Made by a program: the position numbers and the translations under genes
Shown: piece after piece, positions 26,768 to 39,828 of the stretch
How the letters are laid out: every line of letters starts with the position of its first letter
Position numbering within the stretch: position 1 is the stretch's first letter
Assembly (NCBI GenBank): GCA_002633005.1
Contig: NMRA01000373.1
Span: 248,001-312,000 of the forward strand
Length of the DNA stretch: 64,000 nucleotides
Source: Phoronis australis
Lineage: Eukaryota > Animalia > Phoronida
Direction of reading: 5' to 3'
Notes under the pieces: generated by a model
Told to the model about the DNA's origin: nothing
The model's input: only the letters and a program-made list of their open reading frames with translations
Database searches by the model: none

Positions 26768-26910
26768 TCAGCAACGACTCTGGGGCCACCGCTGATACCT
26801 TCTATTCCACCGTTGGTAACGAATACACTGCGACATTTGGTAGTCACAGCGGCACTTCATCACTCGACAATGTCTTGACCAGTCCCGTCTCGAGTAAGCA
26901 GATGTCCGTT
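26768..26910 (-). CDS. sPLA2 copy C last coding exon
   Basis: ttgtag| acceptor, 143 nt, CRCDYQMSQC. Confidence 0.92.
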
Positions 26911-29900
26911 CTACAAGAGGACATACATACTGTACATGTATGAACCAGACAGAGAGAGAAAATCTGTACTTAAGAAGTAGGAGGATCAAGACTTTTGCAG
27001 GAGCCACTGAATCAACAGCAGGCTACGACAATATACTCACCGCAACATCGTGGATGTCACCAACATCTATACTTACGAGCAGCAAATTATTCGTACAAAC
27101 ATGAACCATTTGCGTTAACACTGAAACAACTGCAAGAACCAATTGACACCTGTATAAACCAAATAATTTGTTCCGCGAGCATAAGCGGGTTTTATGAGAG
27201 AGTGAAAGGGAGGTCTGATATCCCTAACCGACCCGACGAAAATTACATAAAAACACCGAACATTTTCCATTCGAAAACATTGCTTGGCCCTCTCTAATTA
27301 CCTGCAACCTAGGCCAACCCGTGCGTACACATGACTGAACGGTTTGTGCTCACATGACATGACCCAATTAATGGTAAAATTGGTAAACGGTGAAAAATGT
27401 TATCTTTCTCCTAACAGTTTAAAAATGTGCAGTTTTGCAGTTGTTTGGTTTACGCCATCTGTTACGCTGGTGTTAAGAAGTTGGTCTTTATTAGAAGTAC
27501 ACTGTTAACCCCAAATCATAGTTTTTGAAGGCCTACTATGGTGCCAAAATTACTATTTTTACATCTAAAATGCATGTATTAATGAAAAACATCAACATAT
27601 GGTCCCATAGCGTACCCCAGTCGTTAATTAAGTAGTCCTATTACTATAGAGCATCACGAACCCCATTTAGCACCAAAAAATTGAGATGGCGCTCAAACCA
27701 AGCCTATGACATCAGCGACACAACGAAATTGGCTTTCATCGTCTCTCCGTTGTAACACGAAACGCCGAAGTGCGCATTGCAGATCTTGTAACCAGACAGC
27801 TAGCTATATGAAGACTATCGTCAAAATACAATTAGGTACCACTGTATGTTGAGCTCCTTTAGACCTAGCCAATGCTCAGATCTAAATAACAAATTAAGGG
27901 TTGGTTAGTTTGCGACTACGTTAGACCCCGAAATTTCACACAACCCGGGTAGTTGTTCTCGTCACCTCGTCGTGTTAGTCGGTGGCTACTTGTAGTGAAA
28001 CTTACATGTACAGTGTATATGAACATCTAGCGACCGGCGGGGTGCATGCAAACTGAAGGCTGGGAGTCAACCGACAATCACATTGCCCGTTGCAGCCTTC
28101 TAAGTGAAAAACAATCTAACTAATGTCATTTTCTTGCATAATTTTCCGACTTTTGTAACAAAGAAAAGTCTGTCGCCGTTTTGAAAACATTACGCTCATG
28201 ACACGCGCAAGCGCCATTTCCTAAAATTTTGTGACCTCTCAGGAGATGAAGGCAGATTCGCAGCAGCAAAATTTGTTCTGAAATTTGGGTTGGCAGGTAT
28301 TAAGATATTAAAAACTTGAAACAAAGTGAAACCAGCTCCTACAATTTGTTATAACTTGTACGCAACCTCCAGTTGATTTGAAGAATCGGGGAAAAGATGA
28401 AGCAACATTTCAAGGCACCGAAAGCAGACGCAAAAGAGCGCACCACAATTTTAGCAGCTGAAAAGCGATACTAGAACACCAATTTTCAAACACCGGTAAA
28501 TAATTTAGTTCACACAAGGAAAGTGAAGTTTTTAATGACACTAATTTTGTATCAGGTTTTACTAGGTCATTTTTTATCCACATCGGCGCAAAGCTGTATA
28601 TTTAGTATACAGCTTTGCACCGTAGGCTAGAACAGATCTTAGCATTTTGCCGCCAATCCTTCTTTGTGGATACGAATCTATTCCCTCGCTGGTTCCCTGC
28701 GTGCCGCTAGGTGGCAGCCAGAACGCAGGTATCACTTAATTTTTCTCGGGAAATTTTTTTACACCGTTGTTTCTGATTGGCTGGTCGAATTCTCAACAGG
28801 CAGCGCTTTATACAAACAAACTGGCATGACTGGTTGTGGAAGTGTAAACGTTATCTGCTGTTCAGACAAATCGGTGCTTAAAATTCATGTTCATGAAATA
28901 TGAATCCCAGAAAATTGTGGTAGCGCTTGTTTTTACTGTCACTGACTTTTGTTTACGTTGCTGTCCTGTATTCATACAGTGTGAATAACACACTAGTTAA
29001 ATCGGCCAGATGACGGAGTGTTTATTCTACATGTATGTGCTTCAAGCACGCGGACATTAATCATTACTGCAGAAACGAAATGGGTGCTGCTACGCCACTT
29101 GCATGGCAAGGCTAAAAATTGGTCATAGTCGTTATTTTCTCACTATATTGTAAAGCTAACCAATGACTGCAGAGGTTACATATCAAGCAATGATAAAGCG
29201 TGTGCTACTGCCTGCAACCTGCGTGCTGGCTACCACCTAGTGGGAACGAGAGATCAATTCCATTCACGACACGTGACGGGATCAGCGAGGAAGTTGTACA
29301 AATACATACCATTGACGCTTACAGTGTTGCACTCGTACCTCACTCAACGCGGCATTTTAGTCCAGAGACCAAAATATATGTACAGTGTAGCCTACGTTCC
29401 AGAAATGACACTCAGCTGTTGCGCTGTGAGGCTTCGAGGAAATTTCGGGACATGTGACAAAATTAATGACATATTGATAAAAACACATTTTCCAGGGTTT
29501 CTTCTTTCAGAATATAAATACTTGAGTTAAAATGTATAGTTTTGAAGATATTTGGCTAAAAACACAGACTTGTCGATAGGGTTCTACACGACCTTAACTT
29601 TGGAAATATTTCTTTGATGCTTTACCAGTAATTGTAGCTGGAGCAAAGTTTCCACAAACAGAGCGACCTTGAAAACAACTTACTGCACCCCATACGTAGC
29701 GCCCTGCAGGAATATGTCTTGTATCCAAGAAAGTACAGTCTCCACGAGGACATGCGACATCCACGAGTGGCCAGAATCCTGTTGTAACAGTGGTCATGTA
29801 TTCTGCAGCAACTAGAACGGTAAGTAGCAGAATTGTTGAAGACGTCTGACGGACGTAGCTGGCTCGTCATATTCCCACAAACCAGCTATGCAAAAATGTC

Positions 29901-32900
29901 CGGACCTCTTCAGGATCTGTACCTTTTGAACCTTCTGTCATAAAGTGGAAGGCAACCAATTTTGATGTAACCTTTAATAAAAGTGCATGATCCTGGTTTC
30001 CTTGAAGAGACATTGTTCCCTTAGCGAGTAATCCTTTGAACCATGTCAACGCCCAACAAGGGGTGAGCACCTGCATTAATGTCCTAAACTCTATTAAACA
30101 CAGTCAGTGTAGGTCATTCGTGTTTACTCAATGACAGTAAATTCAGAACCAAGATGCTTGCTCTTTGCCGCGCAATTGACAGCACCTTCTACTGTTCAGT
30201 ATGTACATGTATACTCGTTAAGGTCGGGAACTGTAATTCACATGAAACAATGTCTCTATAAAGTAACTAGGAGTATTCATTTTTTATTAATTAAATGTAA
30301 CATCAAAATTGGCTGCTTTTCCTTTAAGATATGAAATTAGATCAGAGTTCACGTTCATTCTGAAGGAGAAAAATAACTTTTCTATCCAATCGTTCCAGAT
30401 GACGATAACGAAAGAGTGCTAAGTTTGCAGCCACTGATCCCCTCAGTGACAAACCAATGTACCACGCCTATCAGAACACACGCCAATACACTCTTCACCC
30501 TTTCTTCACTCTGTCAAAAACTGCATGCAAATAAAGAAAATTTTTGAGTCATTTCACATCACAAGCCCTACAGATGAGCACAGAAACTTTATTCTTTCTT
30601 GTATTTTTGACCCTTTCACTCTGACTGAAAACCAAGCTAGACTAAAAAAAGAAGCAAAATCGGCACTTTTTACCCCAAAACCACCACTTCCCTGCCGATG
30701 CTCGACTAAAGCCAACATTAGATTCCGAAAGCAAATTTCCTACCAATTCCAAAAATGTGGTCCAAAAGTACTGTCAACCAACTAGTTTCTTTGCAAATTT
30801 GGCTTGTTTGAGGGCTACCTGAAATCGCGGCCAATTTCTCATTTGCAACATAGCAAAGCACAAATGCAACAGGGGGCCAGCCACCATCTTGAAGAAAAGT
30901 GCAGCTACGGCCGAGCAAGTAGCCTTTTTACTCTCAGCATATTCACAAATACAAACAAACCACATTCATTGAGCCTACATGTAATGCCTACCTAAAAAAT
31001 GCCCCCAAACATGGCCTATCCCAAATTGGCTGCGACCACAGCCCAAATGTTCAGTGCCACCCAACTGTTAACGGTCTTTCAATTCTTCCCAAGGCCAGAA
31101 ATCATCTGTGCACTAAATGATGAATATGCTGAGATCAGTTTTGTAGGGGCTTTAAAGCAAATAATTATAAAAACTCTAACCTAATGATATGAATGATCCT
31201 AAACAGTCACGGCTACGTGAAGACTATCTTAATATACAGTTCTATCTAACTGCAGAAAATGTAAGTAATTTGGGAGCCACTTTCAGTAACCGAGACGTGA
31301 TGTGATGGAATACCGTTTTCGCGGTACCTTTTAAGGAATAATACATGAATATGCTCCTACCTAATTATTGCAACGAGAGACACTTGTGGCTCATAAGCCT
31401 GTGTAATCTAAGTGCCCCGACCATAACCAATTTTTCTAGTCGGTCCTGTCTCAGATGTACGTGTATCAGAGTCAAACTTGTTCGGCTGAAGTTGAGGAAG
31501 ATTTCTGAACTGTTCTTGGACGGCGGTTGCATGGGCGGACCTCAAGTGTTGGATGAGAGCAGTTTTGTGTCTGTGCATTCGCACCTGTTGCACCCCTTGA
31601 CTTAATACACACATGCTAAATAAGAAGGTGACTTCAGTCTTAGGAATCAAATACATTTTCAGAGGCTATTACTGTTCTAGGGCTCAAGGTAAGTCACAAC
31701 TACAGCGTGATTCCTGAGAAAATGTACTCTCTATCTTACTTGTCAAATCCATCCACAGCGCGCCCCTTTCCGCCAACTCCACAGTAACACCCGTAACCCA
31801 ATAGTTTAAAAGTAGTCATGTCAGGTCTGGCACACTTCAGAACCCGCAAGAACGTGGTCGCTGTACGTTTGGATTCGTCGAGTGCTTTTTCATCATCTAA
31901 ACAGTAACATTAGACCTAGTTAAACACATGGAAAACCTTCTATAAGAAGTCAATAACTAAGAAATTTCCGCATAAGCATTTCACAATTACCATATTTTCC
32001 AATAAAACATCGAATTTTTCAAACATGGTTCAGGGCTTAAAGGGAAAGGCAACCTTTTTCATGTCATTTTTAGCAAAAATAAGGTTCTTTGATTATCCCT
32101 GACATATTTTTCACTTAATTACAGCTTTTCGTAATTTAAATAATCATTCGTCCTTCATCCGGGAGTGACGTTTTGGGTGGCAAGAATTTCGCGTCAATTT
32201 CTTTTCATTTCGTGTGACTGTGAGAGCTGTCGAGTCAGTCATAGTTACACCTCGGCTTTGACAAGTTCGGTCGTCGTTTGCTTTTGTTAATGAGTCAGTC
32301 AATTGTTGCTGCGATGTTGAGTAGAGGGAGTGAATATAGGCCCCGTTCGACGCCCAGTAATGAGGACAGTTCGTCGTCTAATGAATAGATTGGTGAGCCA
32401 AACTTTGATAAGTTTATTGAGGACTCATCTAAAGTATTGGAGCTATTTAGAAGGTGCTAGATGTGTGGCGAGAGAGTCACACGGCGGGATGTAAGCAGTT
32501 TGTGTGCTCAGGTCACCATCCAGTGGGAGTGTGTCGCGGGACACTCGGGCAAGTGGGACAATTGTTCCTCTGTCCGTGAGGCGATAATGAATAGATCTAG
32601 GTACGCAGCAACAGTGTGGCAAGTTGACTGACTAGTAAACAAAAGCAAACTACGACCGAACAAATCACAACAGAGGTAGAACAATGACTGACTCGGCAGC
32701 TCTCACAGTCAGACTATATGAAAAGAATTTTGTGCGAAATACTTGCCTCCCAAAACGTCACTTCCGGAGTAAAGAACGAGTAATTGTTTAAATTACAAAA
32801 AGCTGTAATTAAATGAAAAACATGTCTAGGATAATCAACAAACCTTATTTTTGCTAAAAATGACATGAAAAAAAGTTGCCTTCACCTTTAATATGAGCAT

Positions 32901-34096
32901 GAAAATTCCATTCGTTCAACAACAAAGTATTGAAACGTATTTACATGGTAAAGATGACGGCCGTGATTTCAGCGAAACTTTGACAGACAACGGCGAGAAT
33001 TGGCGATTTGTTACAGTAATAAAATCACAAAAACAACGGATTTTGTTGTCTAACAGCTCTTGTCAAAGACTTCAAGAAGTCGCACTGACGAACACATGTA
33101 AAGTTTGAATAAAGACAATAACTTTTCTAAAATGTAGCGACATGTTTCGGCAGTAAAACATCCACGATTGTCGAGCAGTAATCAAAGAATGGGTTCTAGG
33201 ATGGGTACAGGTACAACACACATAAAATTCAAAAACACGCAAAAATACCAGAACACGATTGGCTAGCGATCAGCGAATCACAACTACAGTCTCAACGACT
33301 CGTGGGAAACATGTGCATTACATAACTGAGAGGGTTTCTGAACACCGGAATGTAAATGGTTTCACTCAGTTTCAAGCGGTAGCGGTTAGTATCATTGTAA
33401 ATAATCGTAAAGCTGTGGTCCCCAGCTTCTTTGGTCGCCCATATTTCCTTTGTTCGGTTCAACGTGGTCTCTCATTCAGCCACCTACCTCGTCGTTTACA
33501 AGACCTAGCCTACGTTCGTTCTCTGCATTTTTCCCCACCCCCCATCCCGGGTGTCGGTTCCAATTTCTCTTTTCTCATATACATTTCCTTGTGTTCATGT
33601 TCTGTACTTTTCCTATAAGCCCTTCAGGCAGTTCTTTTGTTTTGTTCCCTCTTTCAGGGCTATTCCTTGTACACGCCGGTGGGCGTTTTGTCCATGCCCA
33701 TATTTCAGAGTCTTAGTTAGTTTTATCTATTTACGTCATAATAAATGACAATATTCGCAATCCTCCTCTTGTTTTACTCTGCAACATAGCTCGTGGCGTA
33801 CCCCGGGCAAAATAGATTACGATAAATGTGAATTCTTATCGCTAACTAGGTGTTCATTCATTCTTGTAGTCAAGTAGCGAGTTGTCTCACCAATATAAGT
33901 TACTTGACAACGACTTCGATAACATTTTTGTTCTCAAAATCAAAAAAAAAATGTTTAAAGCAGTGTTGAACTGTAACATTAAGAGTAGAACAATATACTT
34001 ACTATTAGATGCACTCGTTGAGTAGACATCGGAAAATGTACACGCAAAGACGACCATCAACAATAGCGAACCAATGACCTTCATGGTTGAGTTCAT
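26768..34096 (-). CDS. Secreted phospholipase A2 copy C, intact, 173 aa (exons 34096-34003, 31896-31740, 29811-29684, 26910-26768)
   Basis: MNSTMKVIGSLLLMVVFACTFSDVYSTSASN/NDEKALDESKR-TATTFLRVLKCARPDMTTFKLLGYGCYCGVGGKGRAVDGFD/NCCRIHDHCYNRILATRGCRMSSWRLYFLGYKTYSCRALRMGC/KRTSAYSRRDWSRHCRVMKCRCDYQMSQCIRYQRWNRRYQRWPQSRC*. All introns GT-AG, phases 1/2/1, 522 nt; His48/Asp49/Tyr52/Asp99 equivalents present; AATAAA at 26534-26529. Confidence 0.92.
29684..29811 (-). CDS. sPLA2 copy C active-site exon
   Basis: CCRIHDHCY; tag|...|gtaagt; 128 nt. Confidence 0.93.
31740..31896 (-). CDS. sPLA2 copy C coding exon 2
   Basis: YGCYCGVGGKG; tttag|...|gtaaga; 157 nt; not in the ORF track. Confidence 0.92.
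32041..32887 (+). mobile_element. Kolobok-like internally deleted DNA transposon (TTAA TSD, ~250-bp imperfect TIRs) in intron 1 of copy C
   Basis: ttaa|agggaaaggcaacc...aagttgccttcacct|ttaa. Internal decayed frame from 32314: MLSRGSEYRP...DKFIEDSSKVLELFRRC*MCG...QVTIQWECVAGHSGKW, a CxxC..CxxGH..W pattern that I recall from Kolobok-type transposase N-termini. Confidence 0.8.
34003..34096 (-). CDS. sPLA2 copy C signal-peptide exon
   Basis: MNSTMKVIGSLLLMVVFACTFSDVYS; donor A|gtaagt, phase 1. Confidence 0.85.
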
Positions 34097-35996
34097 AGAT
34101 ATCCACGTACCTAAAGGGAAACTTGTTTTAGGTAAAGCAAAGTCATCAAATTTTAGTCATAATACAGACGAAGAGCTACGCGCTCAACCAGCCTTCCGTT
34201 CAGTAACGCTAGGACCTCGCTAAAAAGCAAGACTTCGCGAGATTACATGAGACATTGCCGTGTATTTTTAATGAGAATACGTGACTATGACTAGATTTTA
34301 GCTACGTCCTAGCGTACAATGTAGGTCCTAGTGTTACTGAACGCATGCATGCTCCCCGTACTAGAGGCAGTAAATCAAATACATATTTCACGTCACGTCG
34401 ATGAAAATACGAAAACAATTGAATGAAATACTGCCCTGCTGGCATATTTGATTGGCCATTTTCCTTTGTTAACTTCTAACCGACATCGATCATGCTTAGT
34501 TAGATTAAGTGACACTTGTGGCAGTTGGCTGAGCGCATTGCTCTGCGCCCTGTGCCATGCCTTACCGATCTGCCTGCACAACTTCCGCGATACCACCAAA
34601 AATTGTTGAAGTTGAAATCATTGTCACAGTTGACGAACTGGTTACAGAACTACAGCTAGAGGGCACTTTAACCAAGAATCCGTTCAGTTTCTGACTTTGG
34701 TTAGTAAATTACAAAATAAGAAGTTATGGCTAGGTCTGCGTGAGTTCGATCGTTTCAACGACAATTCTTCTCTAAACGCACGGCTGAGTTCAGATATGTG
34801 AATGAAGATGAATAGATCTACGTCAAATTATTCTAAACGCTGACTACATGTACTTTGGCATAAATACAGATGAAGTCATGCAGTTAACGAAAACAGTTGA
34901 AATGACCTCAAGGTCTTACAAACTAGTCCCTCTTAACAATGACACAGCTGGACGCTTCACTGCTCCAAACCATTATTATCAGTGAGCGTCGTGGGCATGT
35001 TTTTAAGGTATGATGCTGTAAAAAATGTACGACATGATTTTAAGCCGTAGCACGGTAACAATGATCATCTTAGATCGTGAGCGAAGAGCTGCATGTATGA
35101 AACCCCCTTCTGTAAAAATTATACTTTTAATTTAGGAAATTTATTGCTATAAATCTGATCTTATCTTGTCTTGTTTGTTACTCGGATTAGGTGAGATTCA
35201 GGGACATGGGAAAAACTTGTTGTTCCTTACTGCTTGAGATGAGGCTCAATAATTTGGTTTCTAAAGGCATGTCATTTTTGTGCGCATGGTTTCAAATACT
35301 ACCGAATTGAGACCATTTTTATAGCTGTGAGTGATCAAAATCAAAGGTAGTTTTTCTGACGGCCAAAGCAGTTTTTAATTTTTAGCGCCATGTTACGTCA
35401 CTGCAAGAACAAAGAATGAAGGCTGAAAGTAGTCACTTGAATAAGTGTCCGAACGGTAGTGTGTTCGTATTACTTAGGGTCAGCGTAGACGGTTGTGTAC
35501 GAGCTGAGCTGTTTGCCACAAATCACAGGCGACCTCAGCTTCTGATCGTTCCCAATACACTATATATAGAATCTATATACTACAAGGTATAACACTCGGG
35601 ACAAGGAATTCCGCGAGTACTTCACTTCAGCCGTCCATATCAAACACAAAACTCTCAATAAATTTACACAAAACAAGAGTTTAACAAACCATGCGCAATT
35701 GTTCTCCAGCGAGTTCGAAACAAATTTGGGGTCAAAGCACCAATTTTTCCCAAAAAGCCACTGCGTACATATTACATGCATGGAAACAGTCACACGCCGT
35801 CACGTGTTCCCTTTCTAAACTTGTGTTCTTGAATTCTGACGTAGAGTTGCCTCGCATGTGCAGTCAACGCAAAATGTAACATCTTGTTACATTTTAGGAG
35901 AGGCTTAGCCATAGACATCACATGTATTAAGATGTCTAACGGCTTAGCAACCTAAAATCATATGTAACAATGACGAAATTATTACATTTTACGGCG

Positions 35997-36213
35997 CATC
36001 AGTGCACCCAGCCTAAAAATAGCGGGGTGGAATTTTCGAGAATATGGACCTTTTACTACGGTCAGGGCTATGGATCGTGCATTCGCCGAATTTTGTTAAG
36101 TCCTGCCTTATTAGTGGACTTCTGTCTCGTTCTCTACTTTTTCGGAATGTTTGTTTCTCTGAGGCGGAACCTTTTGCTCACTTCGCAGCTCCCCCCCCCT
36201 GGGTGCGCACATG
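35997..36213 (+). mobile_element. MITE, same 5-bp-TSD family (TSD degenerate)
   Basis: catcagtgcacccagcctaaaa...ctgggtgcgcacatg; internal match to 18103-18325. Confidence 0.7.
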
Positions 36214-37510
36214 CGGAAACAAACATTTGCCACAATTGATTTTTTTCTCATTTCTTTCAAATTTGTCAAACGTAGCTGTGAATGTCCATTAAACCAATAT
36301 CCGATGGTTAGCTTTAATAAAGCCTTTTTTTCTTAATTTTGACTAACTTACCAGAAGTGGAAGTTTCAAAGTTTGGTATATGACACAAATCTTAGACTAT
36401 AATCAAAAATATACTATAGTCAATTTCTTGGAACGGGTCCCAGGATTTTAGAGTAACCAGTTCCATGCGTTATCGTTTTCTACATTACAATTTTTTAGCA
36501 AGTCTTTGCCCATAACAGAATGCAGAGTGCCACCGTGCCGTTTGACTTGTAAAAACCAGTTTTAATGAGAAACGGATTGTTCTTTTGATAACGGGAAAAA
36601 CAGCGAAACGGATGAGATCAAAAAAGTCATAATTTTAAGACTGCGGCATAGCATCATAACAAGGACAAAAAGCGAAGTTTTGCCTAAAAGTGGTTAACGT
36701 GTATTTTGTGCATTCCTGGGACCCGTTCCAATAAAACTGACTCAGCTAAGACAAATCTTAAATTTAAGTAAATTTTAAAATAAAAGTTAAATTTGTCTCA
36801 AAAAGAATTCAAGAAAGAAATTTCAAGTTTGACTTAAGTGTTTGACATAAGTTTTGTCTTAATTTTGAATAACTTACCGAATGTGGAATTATCAAAGTTT
36901 GGAAGTTAAGTCAAAAATGAACTTAAATCAGTTTCTTGGAACAGGCCCCTGGTCTTTAATTATACGAAGAGTCTTGTTTAACCAGCAAATTCTACTGCCA
37001 TAATGAAGACTTGCAAACTTTTAACAGAATGTTGAAGACTTCCTTTTGTCAGCCGACAAAAAAGCCCCAGTACTGAAACAAAAACGTTATAGTGGGAACT
37101 ATTATAGAATCTTTGACTGAAATCCAAATTTGTAAAGCGGCTAGAAGTACGAAGCATGTTTCAAATGTCGTAACTTTAAGACCGTTTTGACACGTAGTCT
37201 AAACAAAAGAAACAAAAATAACGTTTTTGATTTAAGTCACTTACTACTATACAACTGATCTTAACGGGTTCTTACATTCAGAAAAGCATGTGGTTTCTGG
37301 GGTCGTTATCATTTGAGATCATGCTCTGTTCCTAAAATGACTGGCCGACACCTCAACTTGTACAGCCTTGTTTCAAGCAATACCAAACTTTCAGTTCTTC
37401 CAAAGCCCAGAAATCACCTCTAATTTGACTTATCAACAACGTTAATCCAACTTTGTAATGGTAAGTGATCTAAATCAAATTAAGTTTTTGTGACAAAGAC
37501 GGATTTTTAT

Positions 37511-37614
37511 CCGCCTAACAGGGCTGGCAGTGTTAGTGGCGCTCACTTGTGGAGGCCTCGTACGTCACCTAGATACCACAAAAGGACTAAGTAAGTAAGT
37601 AAGTAAGTAAGTAA
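37511..37614 (+). mobile_element. Short 3' remnant of an RTE-like LINE ending in a (TAAG)n microsatellite
   Basis: tggcgctcacttgtggaggcc (WRSLVEA) followed by about 6 TAAG units at 37588-37614. Confidence 0.55.
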
Positions 37615-37725
37615 ATTATTTTGACTTATCTTTTAAGACTTTTAAGATGCGTTCGCCAACAATCAACCGACTTAATTCTTTTTAAGATAAGCCAAAGTAC
37701 ACATGTTGCCTATCATACAACTCAC

Positions 37726-37830
37726 AAGATCCAGTCGATCTGGTCCCTCCGGAATACCAAGCTACGAATGACCTTACCTGTTGTTGATTTCCTGCTTTTC
37801 ACAAGGTCGTCTTTGTGTTACCGCTACATC
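37726..37830 (-). promoter_or_regulatory. Putative non-coding first exon and core promoter of copy C
   Basis: Donor ctt|gtgagt at 37725; conserved with 7463-7570. Confidence 0.5.
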
Positions 37831-38394
37831 ACAAGCATGATCCTGAATACATTGTGCTGGAGGGTACAGGATAGAAACAGCACAAACATCTTTCACATGT
37901 ACGTAAATATAGGTGGCGCTGTGTCAGAGTGTAAGTAAGCACTTTTCAAGTCAAATAACGTATCACTTCCGGAGATCTTTACAGATTGTCGGCCATTTTG
38001 TATTTTTGTTGAGAAGTTATCACAACAACACTTTCTCACCTTGGGGGTATAAAAGTTATGTAACATACAGAATCCTGAGTAATCTGGGGAGCAATAGACG
38101 GAACATCGCCGCGGAAATTTCGGTTGTAGTATCGTGTACTCCTGAGATTATAAAATAGGCCTCAAGCCAGTTGATTAGTGCCCAATTTGGGAAAAGTTCA
38201 TTTGACTAGGATCGTGCATTGAAGGTACACTTTGAAAGGGTAGGTCGTTCCTGGTGTACCTGAAACACTGCCTGGGCTGATAGGAACGTCTGCAATATTA
38301 ATTAAAACGTGCCTTTTGAGTTTACTGCTCGAAGATAGCAAGAATTTTGAAATTTGAACTTCACTGTATAGAATTTCTAGGCAATTCCCAACGT

Positions 38395-38649
38395 CTGTTT
38401 CATGAAAAGTGACTTAAGAAATTTGGAAATTACACCCCCACTTTATAATTTACTGAATAAAAGTTTAGCCATGTTATTAGCACATCACAATCTAAAAACA
38501 ATTTGTACAAATGATCTCATTAATTAGAAGTTATGGGTATTTTTTTCACAGATTTTGTATTTTTCATAAGATTCAACTATTTTTCCTAAGTAGTATGGAG
38601 CCTAAAACAAATTTTTTACCTGAATCTTAGATCACTTTTCATGAAACAG
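38395..38649. mobile_element. Small TIR element (MITE)
   Basis: ctgtttcatgaaaagtga ... tcacttttcatgaaacag, an 18-bp inverted repeat. Confidence 0.6.
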
Positions 38650-38671
38650 TACCCGGAAATAATGCGCAGGA

Positions 38672-38740
38672 AACAGTGTTGCCTAGTGAGTGTTCGCTTC
38701 CTTTACTGTTGGTCTTGGGTTCGAGTCCCACCGACTGGGG
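38672..38740 (+). repeat. tRNA-derived SINE head (degenerate)
   Basis: B-box ggttcgagtccc with an upstream A-box-like gcctagtg; no complete cloverleaf. Confidence 0.45.
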
Positions 38741-38880
38741 CAGCCTGCTAGACCCCTAGAGTCAAGTGTCTAGCTCCTTAGCTCAGTTTTAACTGTATAA
38801 ACTGTATTAAAAAAGCTCAAAAATGGTTTCAGGTGATCAGTGCAATGGTGCCACCGGGTCTGCGCCCGTCTGGTACAACG

Positions 38881-39126
38881 CATGCTCGGGTCTCAAACGA
38901 GCCCCCCCCAGTATGGCAAAGTGGGCAAAAAGGTCCGCCTCAGAGAAACAAAAACTCCGAGAAAGGTAGAAAGCGAGACCAAAGTCCACAAAAAAGATAG
39001 GAACTACCAAAACTTGGCGAATGCAAAATTCATAGCTCTGTACGTAACGGTACCCCGTGAATCTTAGTAAAAGGTCCACATTCTCAAAAATTCGCGCCCC
39101 CATGTTTTAGGCTGGGTGCGCTCATG
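38881..39126 (-). mobile_element. MITE, same 5-bp-TSD family (TSD CAACG)
   Basis: caacg|catgctcggg...ctgggtgcgctcatg|caacg. Confidence 0.8.
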
Positions 39127-39828
39127 CAACGTGTACAATATGATCTGCAATTATTTTTAATGCGCATTAGCAGATACTTGACGGGTAACTGGGAGAGTTT
39201 GGAAGATGAGACAATCTACAGGGGATTGGGGTCCCTTTCGCCAACAGGTTTTCATAATCTAGGCCTATTCGTGGTTCATATCTGTGTTAGTTTTCACGAT
39301 TCATGCATTGACCTTGCCCTCCAAAATCGTAGAAATATTTGTTTACGATTGCCAGGACATGTACTTTGAGAACCAATTCATCAGACATGTACACTGTACA
39401 CGGCGGGTCATAAAACGCTGTATTTAATAAAAACTCGAAAATGACAATTAATTCCACCATCGGGAGACCCTTCTAAACATAAAACGTGTTCATAAAAATA
39501 GTAAGAGGGGCAACTAATTCCATCACTGCCCACTCATCCGTGAGCAGCCCCTTAAGAAGAAAGGCTATCAATAAAAAGGCGAAAAAGTTACCATGGATGT
39601 CATCAATGCATCTCTTCCAAGGACAGGGCTCCCTAAATATGAAGGGATTTATAATTTCAAAAACAGGCAGCGATCGGCGGCGACAGATTACTAGTGAACA
39701 TCAGGTGAGAGTGATAGGCGACTACTATCTCTTACCAAATAGAGGTCTCTGAAAAAATGCAGTCATCTTGAAATTGAAACATGTGAATCAATTTGATTCT
39801 TGTCTAGTTCACGTTCTCCGGCATGTCC

